From contig OZ024751.1 of assembly GCA_964016885.1 (NCBI GenBank), forward strand, positions 44,702,001-44,766,000: a DNA stretch of 64,000 bases. The letters are read 5' to 3'. The notes under the pieces were generated by a model that was given only the letters and a program-made list of their open reading frames with translations, had not been told where the DNA came from and did not search any database. The stretch comes from Eledone cirrhosa (Eukaryota). The position numbers and the translations under genes are program-made. This document shows positions 30,934-45,274 of the stretch, one piece after another; position 1 is the first letter of the stretch; every line of letters starts with the position of its first letter.

Positions 30934-32258
30934 ACGGGGATGTGTGTGTGTGATTGTATGCATGTGTAAGTGTGCGGTGTTTGAGGCAGTGCATGTATCT
31001 GTGCGTTTATGTGGGACTGATTCCAGCAATCGGGTAGTACGCAATTATGAGCCTGAGTTAATATCTATACAATATCTTTAAATGGTGTCAACGAGGTTAT
31101 TGAGATTCAGGCTAAGCTGAGACAAAGAATACCTACCATTGAGAACTATGATTTGGAAGAGAGGTTTTAACACATGGTGTAATCAATATGGCCTCCCAAG
31201 TGCATGAACTTATTTCTAACATTGGCACATGGCCAGCAATTTTGGGTAAGGGGAATCTCAGTTATATCGAGCCCATGACTTGATTGGAACTTTATTTTAT
31301 CAACCCCGAAAGGATGAAAAGTATAGTTGACCTCAATGGAATTTGAGCTCGACGTAAAGGTCGGTAACTAAATGTTACCCACAAAGTATTTTGTCCGGCG
31401 CTTTAACGATACTGCCAATCGCAGGGGCTCTATAGTGACATACCCCGATTCTTTTCTTGGGTATTTAAAAACTATTGGAGCCCATCCCCACTCCAGCCGA
31501 TTTCTTATAATGAAGGAGAGAGAGAGGTGGGTGAGAAGGAGAAAAATATCCCTCAATACTGGACTGCTACTTTTTTTATAGATCTCTGAAAGGCAAAGTT
31601 GACTTCGTCGGGATATAAATTCAGAGCCCGGAGAACAAGAACGAATACTGCAAAGCATTCTATCCGACGTTCTAACAACTCTAAGTGTCATTGTTTATGT
31701 ACTAATATCATGATGCAGCAATGGCAATACAATGAGAATCAACACGCGGTTGATGTCCATAGGCGGATGAGAAAGCTGAGAAACAGCCTTCTGAATGCTA
31801 GTAATGACAGTAGACTCAAAACCAGTTTAAAGAGAAGCTCATGTTACCAAGACATGTTGCAATAACGAAGCAATACTCTGCTCTTTGGACATTGTTTGAC
31901 TTGGTTAGTATGTGGTTTTGACATATTATATTATGTGTACGTTCAAGAGTATCAGATCATGATGGTCAAATTTCATTTTCTTGTTCCCAGTAGATCTTTA
32001 AATTTTTGTCAGCCTGGGCTTGTGACATGAAGTGTTCATGTTTTAAGAGTGTTTCAGGTTTCTATGCAAAACCATGTATAGAAAGAATAAATGTTATACT
32101 TGAGAGATCGTTTTTCATTTTGTTAATGAAAGCACAATGCAATCTTTTGTGGTCTTAGTTCTCTGCTGTCTACTTCGACTAAGAATATTTCTGTCACAAT
32201 ATAATGTGACCTCAACCAATATACAATCAGTAACTGGCTTTTGCTTTTCTCTTATACA

Positions 32259-32359
32259 CAGGGTATCCCACAAAAATGTATACACACTTTGATTACCTGT
32301 ACAGGCAATGTTTATTAGAATGCTGTTGAAGCGGGTATACATTTTGGGGGGATATCCTG
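32259..32359. mobile_element. ~100-bp Tc1/mariner-type MITE
   Basis: Imperfect ~30-bp TIRs: cagggtatcccacaaaaatgtatacacacttt versus revcomp caggatatccccccaaaatgtatacccgcttc; TA at the right end. Confidence 0.65.
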
Positions 32360-33124
32360 TATATATAAGGAAATTAAACAACATAAAGAGTTAAGTGAAA
32401 TAATTTCATTTTCTAGAATTTAGATAAATAAGCTGTTTGTTATATTTAATATTTAATTGTACAAATTATACTGATTAGAGAATTCAACATAACTCTTGTC
32501 ATGTATGGGAAATCCTTTGTCAAATACTCAAACAAAGATTAACTCTAGACACGTTTCGGTCTATTATCTATCATCATGTTAGCATACTTCACATAGTCAA
32601 CTTATTAATATAGAGAATATTTAGTTAGTATAATTTGCATGTTAAATAACGTATGTAAACTGTTGGTTTTTCACGTCGTAATATAAGTGAGAAAAGATGC
32701 TACTTATACACGCGTATACACAGTATATATTAATATTTGCACATGTTTATATGGTATATAGGAATGATATATGCACATATTTATACATATATAATATTAC
32801 ATGTATAAATTACATAAATGAAATAGACAGCGAAAGAATACAAGAGAGAGAGGGAGATAGAAGAAAAGGGGAAAAGAGATTGAAGAATGAAAGATTAAAC
32901 AAGAAATAACCTTTATAATATAGTGTTATGTCATGTTAACATTGGTCAGAGTGTGTCAAACTAAGTGGGGAGATTAAAGCGAGTGAATGACCGAAAGGGT
33001 TCAGTAAATGTTTGAAAAATATTAACATGATGTATGGGGATTATGTAAATAAACCCCGTCGTCAAATTCATAGATATGTATATATATATATATATATATG
33101 CATATATATGTTATATATGTATAT

Positions 33125-33187
<63 letters not shown>

Positions 33188-33201
33188 CATATATGTATGT
33201 A

Positions 33202-33290
<89 letters not shown>

Positions 33291-33785
33291 GTGTATATAT
33301 ATATATATATGTGTGTATGTATGTATGTATGTATGTATATTTATATACGCATATAAATATATATAAGACATATGAGATATATGGAGACACACATATGTGC
33401 ATGCATGCCTGCGTATGCATACAGCCTCACGAGTACAAATACCCACATACACACCCACACACCCCACAAACACTCACAAACACACACAGATATACATATA
33501 TAACTATATATATGTATATATGTGAGTTAATGTGCTGTGTGGTGTAAAACAGAAGTTTAAACCAGAATTATCAGGAAAAGAAATGTGTGAAAAAGAAATG
33601 TTTAACACAAAATAAAGATGGCTTCATGATAAAATGGCAAAAGTTTGAAAACTAATAAACACAAAATAAAACAAGATAAATGAATCAAAACTAAATAAAA
33701 ACTAATGTCTGCAGGTGGTCCAACTATTATAAACGGGGCGGGAAATGGGTATATATATTTATACATACATGTATATATATATATA

Positions 33786-33914
<129 letters not shown>

Positions 33915-34264
33915 ATGTATATATCAGTGTTGTTTAATTTGACTATAGACAGTGACATTTGACATTTATACATTCATATCTTCAAACTTACACTCATATA
34001 TGTATGTATATATGTATGTATATATGTATGTATATATTTATCTATGTATGTGTATGTATGTATCTATGTATAATGTTACTTATGTATATATGAATGCATA
34101 TGTGTGTGTGTTGATATCAAGCGTTAAACTAATATATTTCTTCATTGCACTGTGTGGTCTGCTCTGTTGATTCCGTTTATTTTTGCATAGGCGCTCACAC
34201 ACACACACGCACGCACACACCCACACATACACGCGCACACACACACCACACGCACACACATATA

Positions 34265-34330
<66 letters not shown>

Positions 34331-34331
<1 letters not shown>

Positions 34332-35000
34332 TAGCAGTAAAGCCCGGCGTTGCTCGGGGCTGCTCAGTAGCTGTGTTAAAGTTACAATGTGAAGTTCCTT
34401 TCTTGACTGTAGAGTCTACAGTGTAGACTTTGATGTGGTACTTTTGACTAATATTCCCTCAACCAACATTATGCCTGTTGAAGTTAAGAAAACATAACCA
34501 TAACTGGAATGTTAAAACAAAAGAGGATGCTGGGGATAAAAACTGCACTGGTAATCTAAATGTAAACACTGCAACACTTGTCTCAGAAAAACACATCAGC
34601 GTAACCAAACTCTCAGTTATTTTGAAACAAAGAAACAAAGAAATTGGATGGACATGAAAAAAAAAAAAAAAATGCAATTTCATCGCATATCACCTCTCTG
34701 CACAACTGTCTGTCTGCACAAATTTATCGCCTATATCACCTCTCTGCACGACTGTCTGTCTGCACAACTTTATCTCCTATATCACTTCTCTGCACGACTG
34801 TCTGTCTGCATGCCACCATCGTCTATCACCCCGACTGACTGTCTGCACAACTTTATCGCCTATAGCAGTAAAGCCCGGCGTTACTCGAGGCTGCTCAGTA
34901 GCTGTGTTAAAGTTACAATGTTAAGTTCTTTCACATTAAACGTAGCCCGTGTGTCAAGCTTTGTGAAAATCGGTTGCGAACTCCAGAAGTTATGATTTGT
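34331..35000 (-). mobile_element. Non-autonomous Helitron-like element(s); 3' end present twice
   Basis: Minus strand ends cccgagcaacgccggg-ctttactg-CTAG|T, i.e. a subterminal GC hairpin plus CTAG. A second copy of the terminal ~60 bp starts at 34862; internal short tandem repeat at 34689-34864. Confidence 0.65.
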
Positions 35001-35180
35001 TGTTACATTGCACTGCAGTGCTTCAGTCGACTCCAAGGAAGTGGATAAAGGGGGTTATCTGCCGGGAGGCCCTATAATCAATATCTGGAAAAATTAAAGT
35101 GCCCAGGTAATGGAACAGAGAGTGCTCTATGTAGGCTACAGAGCTTTTTAGTTATGTAATATAACAACATAAGATAATTA

Positions 35181-35242
35181 ATTCAATTACCAGTGGTTTC
35201 TTGAAGACAGATATTTATATGTCTTCAGTCGTCAGAACGAAT
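35181..35242 (-). ncRNA. Type-I hammerhead ribozyme (family H4)
   Basis: Minus: attcgtt-CTGACGA-c tgaagaca tataaatatc tgtcttca a-GAAA-ccactgg-TA-attgaat. Confidence 0.7.
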
Positions 35243-35270
35243 AAAATGGAATATATATATATATATTTAT

Positions 35271-35487
35271 AACGAAGGAAATGTGGTAAGGAATCAGGTG
35301 GACCATAACGCACCAAAGTACTCAATACTTAGGGTAGTAGAGTGGGTAATAGGAACGAGTAGGACCCCGACGGCTGAGCTCAAGCCGTTTCGACGGCTAA
35401 TTCTGGACATATTTAGCCGTCGAAATTAGCCGACAGAATTAGCCGTCGAAACGGCTTGAGCTCAGCCGTCGGGGTCCTACTCGTTCC

Positions 35488-35490
<3 letters not shown>
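35271..35490 (-). mobile_element. Family C cassette with 57-bp inverted arm
   Basis: 35349-35405 and 35434-35490 are inverted copies; the spacer contains stuttered ttagccg pieces. Confidence 0.8.
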
Positions 35491-35519
<29 letters not shown>

Positions 35520-35701
35520 GTATTAAGGATACTATTTATGGTTATGTATGTAATAAAACCTTTTATGGTTATATATTTTTTATACAAACCTTAAATAGTG
35601 AAAGATAGTCATTAATTACTATCTTATTACCAGTAAGATAAATAGCTCAATGTAATAACATCGGTTGTTTTACAGAGCAGATATATATATATATATATAT
35701 A

Positions 35702-35857
35702 GCGGCGATGAATTAGTTTTGCGAGGTTTTTTATATGAAATCGTTTTTTATATGAAATCGATATAAAAGACAGCGAGAAGCGAAAACCAACCAAACAGTG
35801 AGTGTGTTCTGTTATTAATTCTGGCAATATTACACAAATATGACCCTCCCCAAGTAT

Positions 35858-35862
<5 letters not shown>
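35702..35862 (+). mobile_element. PLE family P1 3' terminal stub
   Basis: Near-identical to 49099-49200; ends ATGACCCTCCCCAAGTATAACAA then (TA)n. Confidence 0.7.
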
Positions 35863-35892
<30 letters not shown>

Positions 35893-36010
35893 AACACAGA
35901 CACACGCATATATATATATGCGTGAGTGTATGTGTGTTTGTATGTATACATATATACGCGTGGGTTTGCAAACAGATGCAAATATTTCTCGACAACAAAC
36001 TAGAGAATAT

Positions 36011-36572
36011 TGGTGAATTGGCAGTATCGGTAGAGGGTCGGACATACTTTCCAGCAGAGTTACGTCCCTTTAGGATCTGAGTTCAAATCCCGCCGAGGTT
36101 AACTTTGCCTTTCATCCTTACGAGGTCGATAAAATAAAGTACCAGTAATGTACTGGATAATTGCTGGCCTTGTGCCTAAAGTAGAAACAATTATGTATTT
36201 ATTACAGCAAACTATAGAATATTATGTAAAGAGTTACGGCCCTTTTTGGTCTGAGTTCAAATCCCACCGAGGTTAACTTTGCCTTTCATCCTTACGGGGT
36301 CGATAAAATAAAGTACCAGTAATACACTGGAATAACTTCTGGCCTTGTGCCAAATGTAGAAACAATGATGTATTTATTACATCAGGCGGTGGATTGGCAG
36401 TATCGGTAGAGGGTCGGACGCCATGCTTTCACGCATAGAGTTACGGCCCTTGCCACTCTGAATTCAAATCCCGCCGAGGTTAACTTTGCTTTTCGTCCTT
36501 GCGGCGTCGATAAAATAAAGTACCAGTAATGCACTGGGTAATTGCTGGCCTTGTGCCAAAAAATAGAAACAA
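36011..36572 (+). mobile_element. Three head-to-tail SINE family A copies
   Basis: The B-box + core + tail unit occurs three times (B-boxes near 36081, 36255, 36462). Confidence 0.9.
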
Positions 36573-36988
36573 TTATGTATTTATTACATTACTGATTTTG
36601 TTCTCTGGTGCTCCTAGAAGTTTAGCACATTGCCGCTGATCAAACAACACACACAGCTGTGTGTGTATATATGTGTGTGTAGGTATATATTCTAACCTCT
36701 AGCTAATTGTTTATCAAGCACTTTGTCGTACGATGTCTTAGATTAGATTGGTCAGATTATATTGCGTTCAACACATATTTTCGTGAATCATAAGTATATA
36801 TATATACATACAAACATAAATATATATATATATATGTGTGTGTGTGTATATATATATACACACATATGTATATATATACATATAGATATATGTATATTCA
36901 TATATATATATATTATATATATATATAACACATATATATATATATATGCATATATACATATATATATATTATATATATATATATATAT

Positions 36989-37022
<34 letters not shown>

Positions 37023-37061
37023 TATATACATATATATACATATATATCTATATATACACAC

Positions 37062-37097
<36 letters not shown>

Positions 37098-37122
37098 GTA
37101 CATATATATATATATATATATA

Positions 37123-37200
<78 letters not shown>

Positions 37201-37284
37201 ATATTATATATATATATATATAACATATATATATATATATATATATATGCATATATACATATATATACATATATATCTATATAT

Positions 37285-37357
<73 letters not shown>

Positions 37358-37642
37358 ATTTTCTTAGATAAGGAAAAAAATAATTAATAAATGAATAATA
37401 AAAATACCCTTATTATTCAAAAATTTTGGTTCCTGTTACTAACCATTTAAGTGACGACATTCCAGTGTAATCCATTCGGCATACCACAAAATCAGTGAAT
37501 GGTACATTTAAAATATCAAATAAACTTACTTCTCTATAGTTTCTCAGAAAAGTTCACACAAAAGTACACGAAATTATTTGTTCGTATGAACACTTTCCCC
37601 AATTACTTCTTCCGTAACCACTTATGTTTGTAATATTTGCTG

Positions 37643-38015
37643 ATAAAGCTTTACTGCTGGCATGGCCGACTGGGTTTAAACGTTTCGAGGTTCGCATCGC
37701 AAGCAGAAGTTTCCGGCTGGAGTCAAATGACTAAAACCAGGAAAGAAGTCTAACTTTCTAAACTCTGTCTCGAGCCTGGAAGCCCACAAAACAGGTTTAT
37801 CTGGGTTTCCGTGGCGTGAAACAACTGAGAGTACATGACTCTTCACACGCTGGACAGAACCCCAGATCAGCTCAGGGTTAAACCCCCAGCTATTACTGGT
37901 ATTCATTTTCAGCTGAGTATAGTCGAGGAACGTGAAATGAAATGTTTTTTTCGAAAACAAAACACACGATCCTATCCAGGAATTGAACTTACGATAACCT
38001 TACCACTAGGCAACT
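37643..38015 (-). mobile_element. Diverged SINE-like repeat
   Basis: Right end resembles the reverse complement of a tRNA-type head (gaattgaacttacga...ccactaggc), similar to 51697-51820 and 58300-58470. Confidence 0.45.
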
Positions 38016-38179
38016 AGGATTAAATTTCATAGAATTTCTTTAACTGACTCATTATATAATGTTGAATCTACTTAGGAATTAAATCAAGGGTACACGTGTC
38101 TGTAAAATTATTCACATTAATTTCCCCAGTTGACTAAAAAGCTGGAACACTCATCGAGGAATCATATGTAAGGGTTCTT

Positions 38180-38549
38180 TGGCTTTCATCCTTACGGGGT
38201 CGATAAAATAAAGTATCGATAATGCAAATTGCTGGCCTTGTTCCTAAATCAAAATCCCGCCGAGGTTGACTTTGCTTTTCATCCTTACGGGGGTAGATAA
38301 AATAAAGTACCAGTAATGCACTGATAATTGCTGGCCTTGTGCCTAAAGAAGAAACAATTATTATTATTATTATTATTGGTAGTATCGGTAGAGGGTCGGA
38401 CGCCATGCTTTCCAGCATAGTTACGTCCCTTTACGATCTGAGTTCAAATCCCGCCGAGGTTGACTTTGCCTTTCATCCTTACGGGGTCGATAAAATAAAG
38501 TACCAGTAATGAACTGGTGATTGCTGGCCTTGTGCCTAAAGTAGAAATA

Positions 38550-38587
<38 letters not shown>

Positions 38588-38805
38588 ACGACGGTGGATT
38601 GGCAGTATCGGTAGAGAGACGGTTGCCATGCTTTACAGAATAGAGTTACGCCGCTTTACGGTCTGAGGTCAAATCCTGCCGAGGTTAACTTTGCCTTTCA
38701 TCCTTACGGGGTCGATAAAATAAATTACTAATCACGCACTGGGTCGATTTAATCGACAATTCCCCTCCCACAAAATTGCTGGCCCTGTGCCTATATAAGA
38801 AACCA
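38180..38805 (+). mobile_element. Four head-to-tail SINE family A copies (two 5'-truncated)
   Basis: Core ctttcatccttacggggtcgataaaataaa occurs four times with (ATT)n tails. Confidence 0.9.
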
Positions 38806-39217
38806 TTATTAGGAATATTTTCTCATGTTATATTTTATATCATTTTAAACCACTTTCTCCTACAATTAAAATCTACAGTAACTTTTCTTACTCTCCACCA
38901 TGCCACCACACCCTTGTCTGCCACCCATTATGTCAGAATTGTATTTTACGCCTCAGTCATCTCAGTCATAGAAATTCTTCGTAAACAGAATTAATTAAAA
39001 ACGAAAATCACGCGAAATGAAAAAAAGATATGACATATATATAACGTAAGGGAACAGCCATAAATGTATTATTATATATGATTTCCATGAATATAACTTA
39101 AGACATATTGACTTCAGTAATGATATATATTCAGTGGATAATATATAAACTGAAGCCACCTAATATTGGCGCAATTAATCTTTGCTCTCCCCCTCTCTCC
39201 CCCTCTCTCTCACTCTC

Positions 39218-39257
<40 letters not shown>

Positions 39258-39346
39258 CAAAATTACAGGGGATTAACGCGAGTCTTTATCTCCGATTTTT
39301 CATTTGATATATATATACACACACACACACATATATATATATATGT

Positions 39347-39436
<90 letters not shown>

Positions 39437-39437
39437 A

Positions 39438-39528
<91 letters not shown>

Positions 39529-39657
39529 TAATTATATGTATATTGTGTGTCTGTCTGCGCCTGTTTCTGTCTCTGACTTCTGTGCCTATCTGTGAGTGTG
39601 TTTGTATCTGTCTATTTGTCTGTCTGTCTGTCTGTCTGTTTGTATGTATGTATGTAT

Positions 39658-40502
39658 CTCTTGCTCTTAATTTCGAGTATATTTTTTTGACCGGCCACCT
39701 TCCTGGTGGCAAGGTTGTAAAAGAAAAGAAATTGTCATCCCTTGAATCGCAAGAATGTTTTGCAAATTTTGAAGTGCCAGCTATCGCAGCCATTTGTAGA
39801 CTATGAATTAGGGAGCTGCGCTTTTTGTCCGCAAATCCAAGTTCAGTCATACTTTGGTCCAAGCGGGTTGGTATATAACCCGTAGCTCCAATAATGATGG
39901 GTATGAAGCTAAAGGTGTATCTTGGATACTGGATTTGTAAACTCCTCATCAATGGTCCGTAGATGTCCTCCTTCTCCTGTATTTTTCTGACAACGTTTAC
40001 ATCAAGTGGGCAGCTGATGTCCACAACAGAACGCATTTTCAATGTGTGGTCCCAAACAACAATATCGGGCCGGTTGTGCTTTAATTTGGTGGCAGTTTAT
40101 ATTTTCAAATTCCACCAGTATTCCTTAGTGCCATCTGTCTTAGTATTCCTTAGTGCCATCTCCTCGTTTGTTGTTAATTTTGTTTTCCGAAGTGCGTTCC
40201 AGATGGTTCTAGCTATCCCATCGTGTCTCATGGGGAGGTAGTAGCGAGATGACATTCTTTCGCAGCTGGCAACAATGTGGCTTACATCCTCGATCTTTGT
40301 TTTACATAGCCTACATTTATTGTCAGCTGCTGGCCCTCCTCTTTTATGCAGCAGATATTTGGTAGGGAGTTCTTGTTCCTGTATTGCATAGAGATATCCC
40401 TCAAGGTGTGATGTCATAAACTTGTCGGAACTCCATGCCAGGCTTTTTGAGTGGTTTATCCCCTCTATGGTCTGTGTTTTACACCTCAAGTATCCATGCA
40501 CT
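39658..40502 (-). mobile_element. R4/Dong-like non-LTR retrotransposon 3' remnant (CCHC knuckle + restriction-like endonuclease)
   Basis: ...AIQEQELPT...CRLCKTKIEDVSHIVASC...RHDGIA...[21 protein letters not shown]...VVDISCP...EKEDIY...IPIIIGATG contains the CCHC, RHD, PD..D and K..Y motifs of RLE-type LINEs. One in-frame stop; (TACA)n on both sides. Confidence 0.85.
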
Positions 40503-40542
40503 ATGTATGTATGTATGTATGTATGTATGTATGTATGTATGT

Positions 40543-41484
40543 ACCTGCAACCCTGATGGTATCCAATGATGTTGACTTGTTCTTCTTTTTGGTAAATATC
40601 ATCTTGGTTAAGAGAGTGGGACTGGCTTTGTGCAGTGCCTTTGCTCACTATAAAAGCTTCACGGCACAGGCATTGCTTTATATCTGGAGATCTCTCTGCA
40701 CTTGTCGTCACATTGTACCATGGGCCCAGCACTATGTGTCAATAATTGTCACAAGTGTAGTGTTTGTACCAGAGTTTTCAAGTTGCTGGCTGGACTAAAA
40801 AGTCACACTCGTTCAGCGCATCGGTAGGGGTTCTCCTACATGGATATAAAGTAGTGGCCGTACTCGAAAACGAGTTGGCAACCATCATGTATGTATGTAT
40901 GTATATATGTAAGTCTGTCTGTATATATGTCTGTCTCTCTGTATGTATGTATGTCGGATCACTCTTAAGTGCTACTGGTAACATGTAACCCAGTACAACC
41001 TGACGCATGGTCGGGTCGTCGGCGACTAAACCTGCAACCCCACCAAGTTTACTTGGTGAGGAGGGTGATTTTGGACACCCTGCAGGACAAAAAACAAAAC
41101 CTGACAAAGGGCGGAAGAACTCATAAGAGTCAACGGCCATCCGAAAGTGTGTAAAATATGTATATACACATGTACCGCGTGGTTAAACCACTGGGAGTGA
41201 AGGACCCCTAGCCTTTGTCAGAGCATTCTTCTAGGAGAAGGCAACTCAGGAAACTGTGATAACTCCGATATAAAACCCGCGGCTCAGTAGTTACCGATGA
41301 TGTTGATCTCTTCTTTTCGGGTTATAGCTACTGTCGCTCAGAGAGTGGGATTGGCTCAGTGCACAGTCTTTCCTCACTTTAAAAAACATCTTCACGCACA
41401 CGCATTGCATGATATAATTAATTAATAATTATTAATAATAGTATATCATGCAATGGCAGTACTCGATGACGAGGGGCAGCCATC
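40543..41484 (+). mobile_element. Two tandem non-autonomous RTE derivatives (40543-40887 5'-truncated; 40953-41484 variant)
   Basis: The first is near-identical to 24508-24851. The second shares the 5' part with 24244-24640 and the terminal tactcg-4nt-cgag..gcagcca motif but lacks the zinc-finger segment. Confidence 0.75.
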
Positions 41485-41890
41485 ATGTATGTTTATATAT
41501 GTCTGTCTGTATGTATGTGTGTATATGTGGAGGTATACCATTGAAATACTTTTGTACTTGTTATATGTTATCCTTTTGCTACTAAAATCAGAGGCTCATT
41601 CATTAAAGTCTTCGCCAATTAAGGCAGGAGATTGCTGAAGTAGAAAGCAGCCAATATCAGGATAAGAACAAAACCAGTTGCCTATAAAAATCCTTATTAT
41701 AGTCTATTTCTTCTTCTTCTTCTTCTTCTTCTTCTTCTTCTTCTTCTTCTTCTTCTTCTTCTTCTTCTATATATAGTTCGGATCTCTAGCCGTCTGGGTC
41801 CTGACTCTATTCCTATTACCCACTCTACTACCCTAAGTATCGAGTACTCTGGTGCGTTATGGTCCACCTGGTATCATACCACACTTTCTT

Positions 41891-41972
<82 letters not shown>

Positions 41973-42153
41973 TATATAATATATATATATTACAGGGACT
42001 AACGCGAGTTTCTGACCCCGTTACTTCATTTTGATATATATATATATATATACAAAACAAAATATATATTTATAAAAACATGTATATATATAAATGTGTG
42101 TGTGTGTGTTAGTGTGTGCTTGCTTGTGTGTGCGTGTATATATGTTAGTAAAA

Positions 42154-42483
42154 GGCACGTGGCTCAGTTTTTAGGGTGTTCGGCTTACGATCTGATCGTA
42201 CCGTTGGAAGTTCGACAACCGTATAGCGCATTCTGCCCTTAAGCAAGGCACTTCCATTTTCAGTTGCTAATGTCCACTCAGCTGGTTGAAAATTAGTTGT
42301 ATTTGCAATTCAAAGAGCTCAGCCTTGTCACATATTCTGTCACTGAACTTGAACGACGTTAAATTTACACGTTTCAGCGAAATGATCAGCCAGCAATTTG
42401 CACGTAAATTTCACTTGATAGCTGTTCTATTGTTCGTAGAAATGTAGAAATGGAACATTCGTCATCGGGACCGACGGAGATCC
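42154..42483 (+). mobile_element. tRNA-derived SINE, family B
   Basis: GTGGCTCAGT A-box, GTTCGACAACC B-box, ccttaagcaaggcactt core. Reverse copies of the head at ~51697-51820 and ~58300-58470. Confidence 0.7.
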
Positions 42484-42501
42484 ATGTAGCGTACGTCTTA
42501 A

Positions 42502-42711
42502 CCCTTTAGCATTTACATCACTCTATATATATACTGTTGTATTTTCACGGTAAACACTTTATCTAACATAATATTGAATCTACGAGATTTTGATATTATT
42601 TATTTTGAGAACAATACCTTAACATAAGTATAAGTAGCCGATTATGACCGATTTGAACAGAAATAGGTGAGAGAATTCTGGCCGGATATGGCCGGTTTAA
42701 ATGTAAAAGTG
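42502..42711. mobile_element. piggyBac-type MITE
   Basis: TTAA-ccctttagcattta ... taaatgtaaaagtg-TTAA: imperfect TIRs with TTAA on both sides. Confidence 0.6.
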
Positions 42712-42900
42712 TTAAACATTTTGTATTGTTTTCTGTTGTTTTGTTGACACGTGGAGTGACACGTTAAAGAAGAAAGTAGTAACAACTTCACTCAACCAGG
42801 ACACCTTTACAACAACTGATACAATTACATGAAGTGGGGCGAATTAGCCGAAATATTTACAACACAAGACATTTTCATGGTTGACAGCAGACAACGCACC

Positions 42901-43565
42901 AACAGCTCCGTCATACACACCACCACCGCCATACACACCACCACCACAGCCAACACCAGCACCACCACCGCCAACAACACCACCACCGCCAACAACAACA
43001 CCTGCACCACCAGCTCTGCCATACACACCACCACAGCCAACACCACCACCACCGCCAACAACACCACCACCACCGCCAACAACACCACCACCGCCAACAA
43101 CAACACCTGCACCACCAGCTCTGCCATACACACCACCACAGCCAACAACACCACCACCACCGCCAACAACACCACCACCACCACCGCCAACAACACCACC
43201 ACCGCCAACAACAACACCTGCACCACCAGCTCTGCCATACACACCACCACAGCCAACAACACCACCACCACCGCCAACAACACCACCACCACCACCGCCA
43301 ACAACACCACCACCGCCAACAACAACACGTGCACCACCAGCTCTGCCGTACACACCACCACCGCCATACACACCACCACAGCCAACACCACCACCGCCAA
43401 CAACACCACCAGCTCCGCCATACACACCACCACCGCCAACAATAATACCAGCACCACCAGCTCCGCCATACACACCACCACCGCCAACAATAATACCAGC
43501 ACCACCAGCTCCGCCATACACACCACCACCGTCAGCAACACCAGCAACAACAACAACATCAACAT
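42901..43565. repeat. Composite (CAC/CAA) triplet-based minisatellite
   Basis: Recurrent motif accaccagctctgccatacacaccaccac with variable triplet spacers. Confidence 0.85.
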
Positions 43566-43725
43566 CAACACAGCTACTACAAACACGTACAATATGTATA
43601 TATGTATGAATATATGTACCAGTCACTCATGATGGGGCCCCGTGGTGATACAGTTGGGAATTTAAAATCTGGCAGGGCCCATCTCTCTCCAGGTATATAT
43701 ATATATATAGTTATATGTATGGTTA

Positions 43726-43761
<36 letters not shown>

Positions 43762-43773
43762 TATGTATGGTTA

Positions 43774-43809
<36 letters not shown>

Positions 43810-43834
43810 TATGTATGGTTATATTTATATATAT

Positions 43835-43868
<34 letters not shown>

Positions 43869-43888
43869 GGTTATATATATATATATGG

Positions 43889-43929
<41 letters not shown>

Positions 43930-43966
43930 TATGTATGGTTATATTTATATATATATATAAATATAA

Positions 43967-44006
<40 letters not shown>

Positions 44007-44026
44007 TTATATATATGTATATATGG

Positions 44027-44112
<86 letters not shown>

Positions 44113-44192
44113 GACGTAAAATAAGAAAATTATAAAAGTTTACTGACTTACTAAAATTTCACTCCAACTAATTAGTTTCTGATATATATATT

Positions 44193-44270
<78 letters not shown>

Positions 44271-44380
44271 GAGAGGTATAGAGATTGTTTTAGCGAGAAG
44301 CTAATAGTATTCTATAACATAGATATATATATATATATATATATATGTATATGGTTATATGTATATGGTTATATATATGG

Positions 44381-44406
<26 letters not shown>

Positions 44407-44411
<5 letters not shown>

Positions 44412-44573
44412 TGTTTAACCCCGACGGCAGAGCTCGAGCCATTTCGACGGCTATTTCCGTCGAACGGCTTGAGCTCTGCCGTCGAGGGTAAACATTTTCC
44501 TACTACCCACTCTACTACCCTAAGTATTGAGTACTCTGGTGCGTTATGGACCTTCTGGTTCCTTACCACACCT

Positions 44574-44577
<4 letters not shown>
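44407..44577 (+). mobile_element. Family C cassette with inverted arm
   Basis: ccgacggcagagctcgagccatttcgacgg / ccgtcgaacggcttgagctctgccgtcg are inverted around ctattt; (TA)n on both sides. Confidence 0.75.
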
Positions 44578-44648
<71 letters not shown>

Positions 44649-45016
44649 TTTCTGATTTTAAAAAGGGGAAGAGGAAAGTCGATTAAATCGACACCAGTAT
44701 GTTACTGGTACTTCATTTTATCGACCGCGATGAAAATTAAAGCTTACCTCAGAACGTAAAGTGACGTATTTATATGGCACAAAGCATGTTGTCAGACGCT
44801 CTACAATTTCTGCCTATCCACCGCCCTTACATATATATATATATATATAAACACAGTAATAGCTTAATAATAAAGTAAGTTGCAAAGAATTGAATTTTTA
44901 TAATATATAATACATTTCAAATCTTTGAAATCATTAACTGCTTTCTATATATTTACATTATCACGATCTACACGATTTTGCACAATCATGCTTACGTTGG
45001 AGCATATATATATATG

Positions 45017-45063
<47 letters not shown>

Positions 45064-45165
45064 TATATCTTCGGCTCTGTTTAATTACATTGAGCTATAT
45101 CTTATACTGTCATTTCTATAATATGAAGAGGGTGTTTAACTCCAACACACTCTAGTATTCTAATT

Positions 45166-45245
<80 letters not shown>

Positions 45246-45274
45246 GTTATGTAATACACAACATAAGATAATTA

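Noticed and set aside
32544-32582. Minus-strand aTGATGA...GAAACGTGTC
   Set aside because: C3 is missing and stems I and II barely pair; at most a decayed hammerhead.
40097-40732. 211-aa ORF as a single gene
   Set aside because: Chance read-through from an antisense RTE derivative across (TACA)n into the R4-like remnant.
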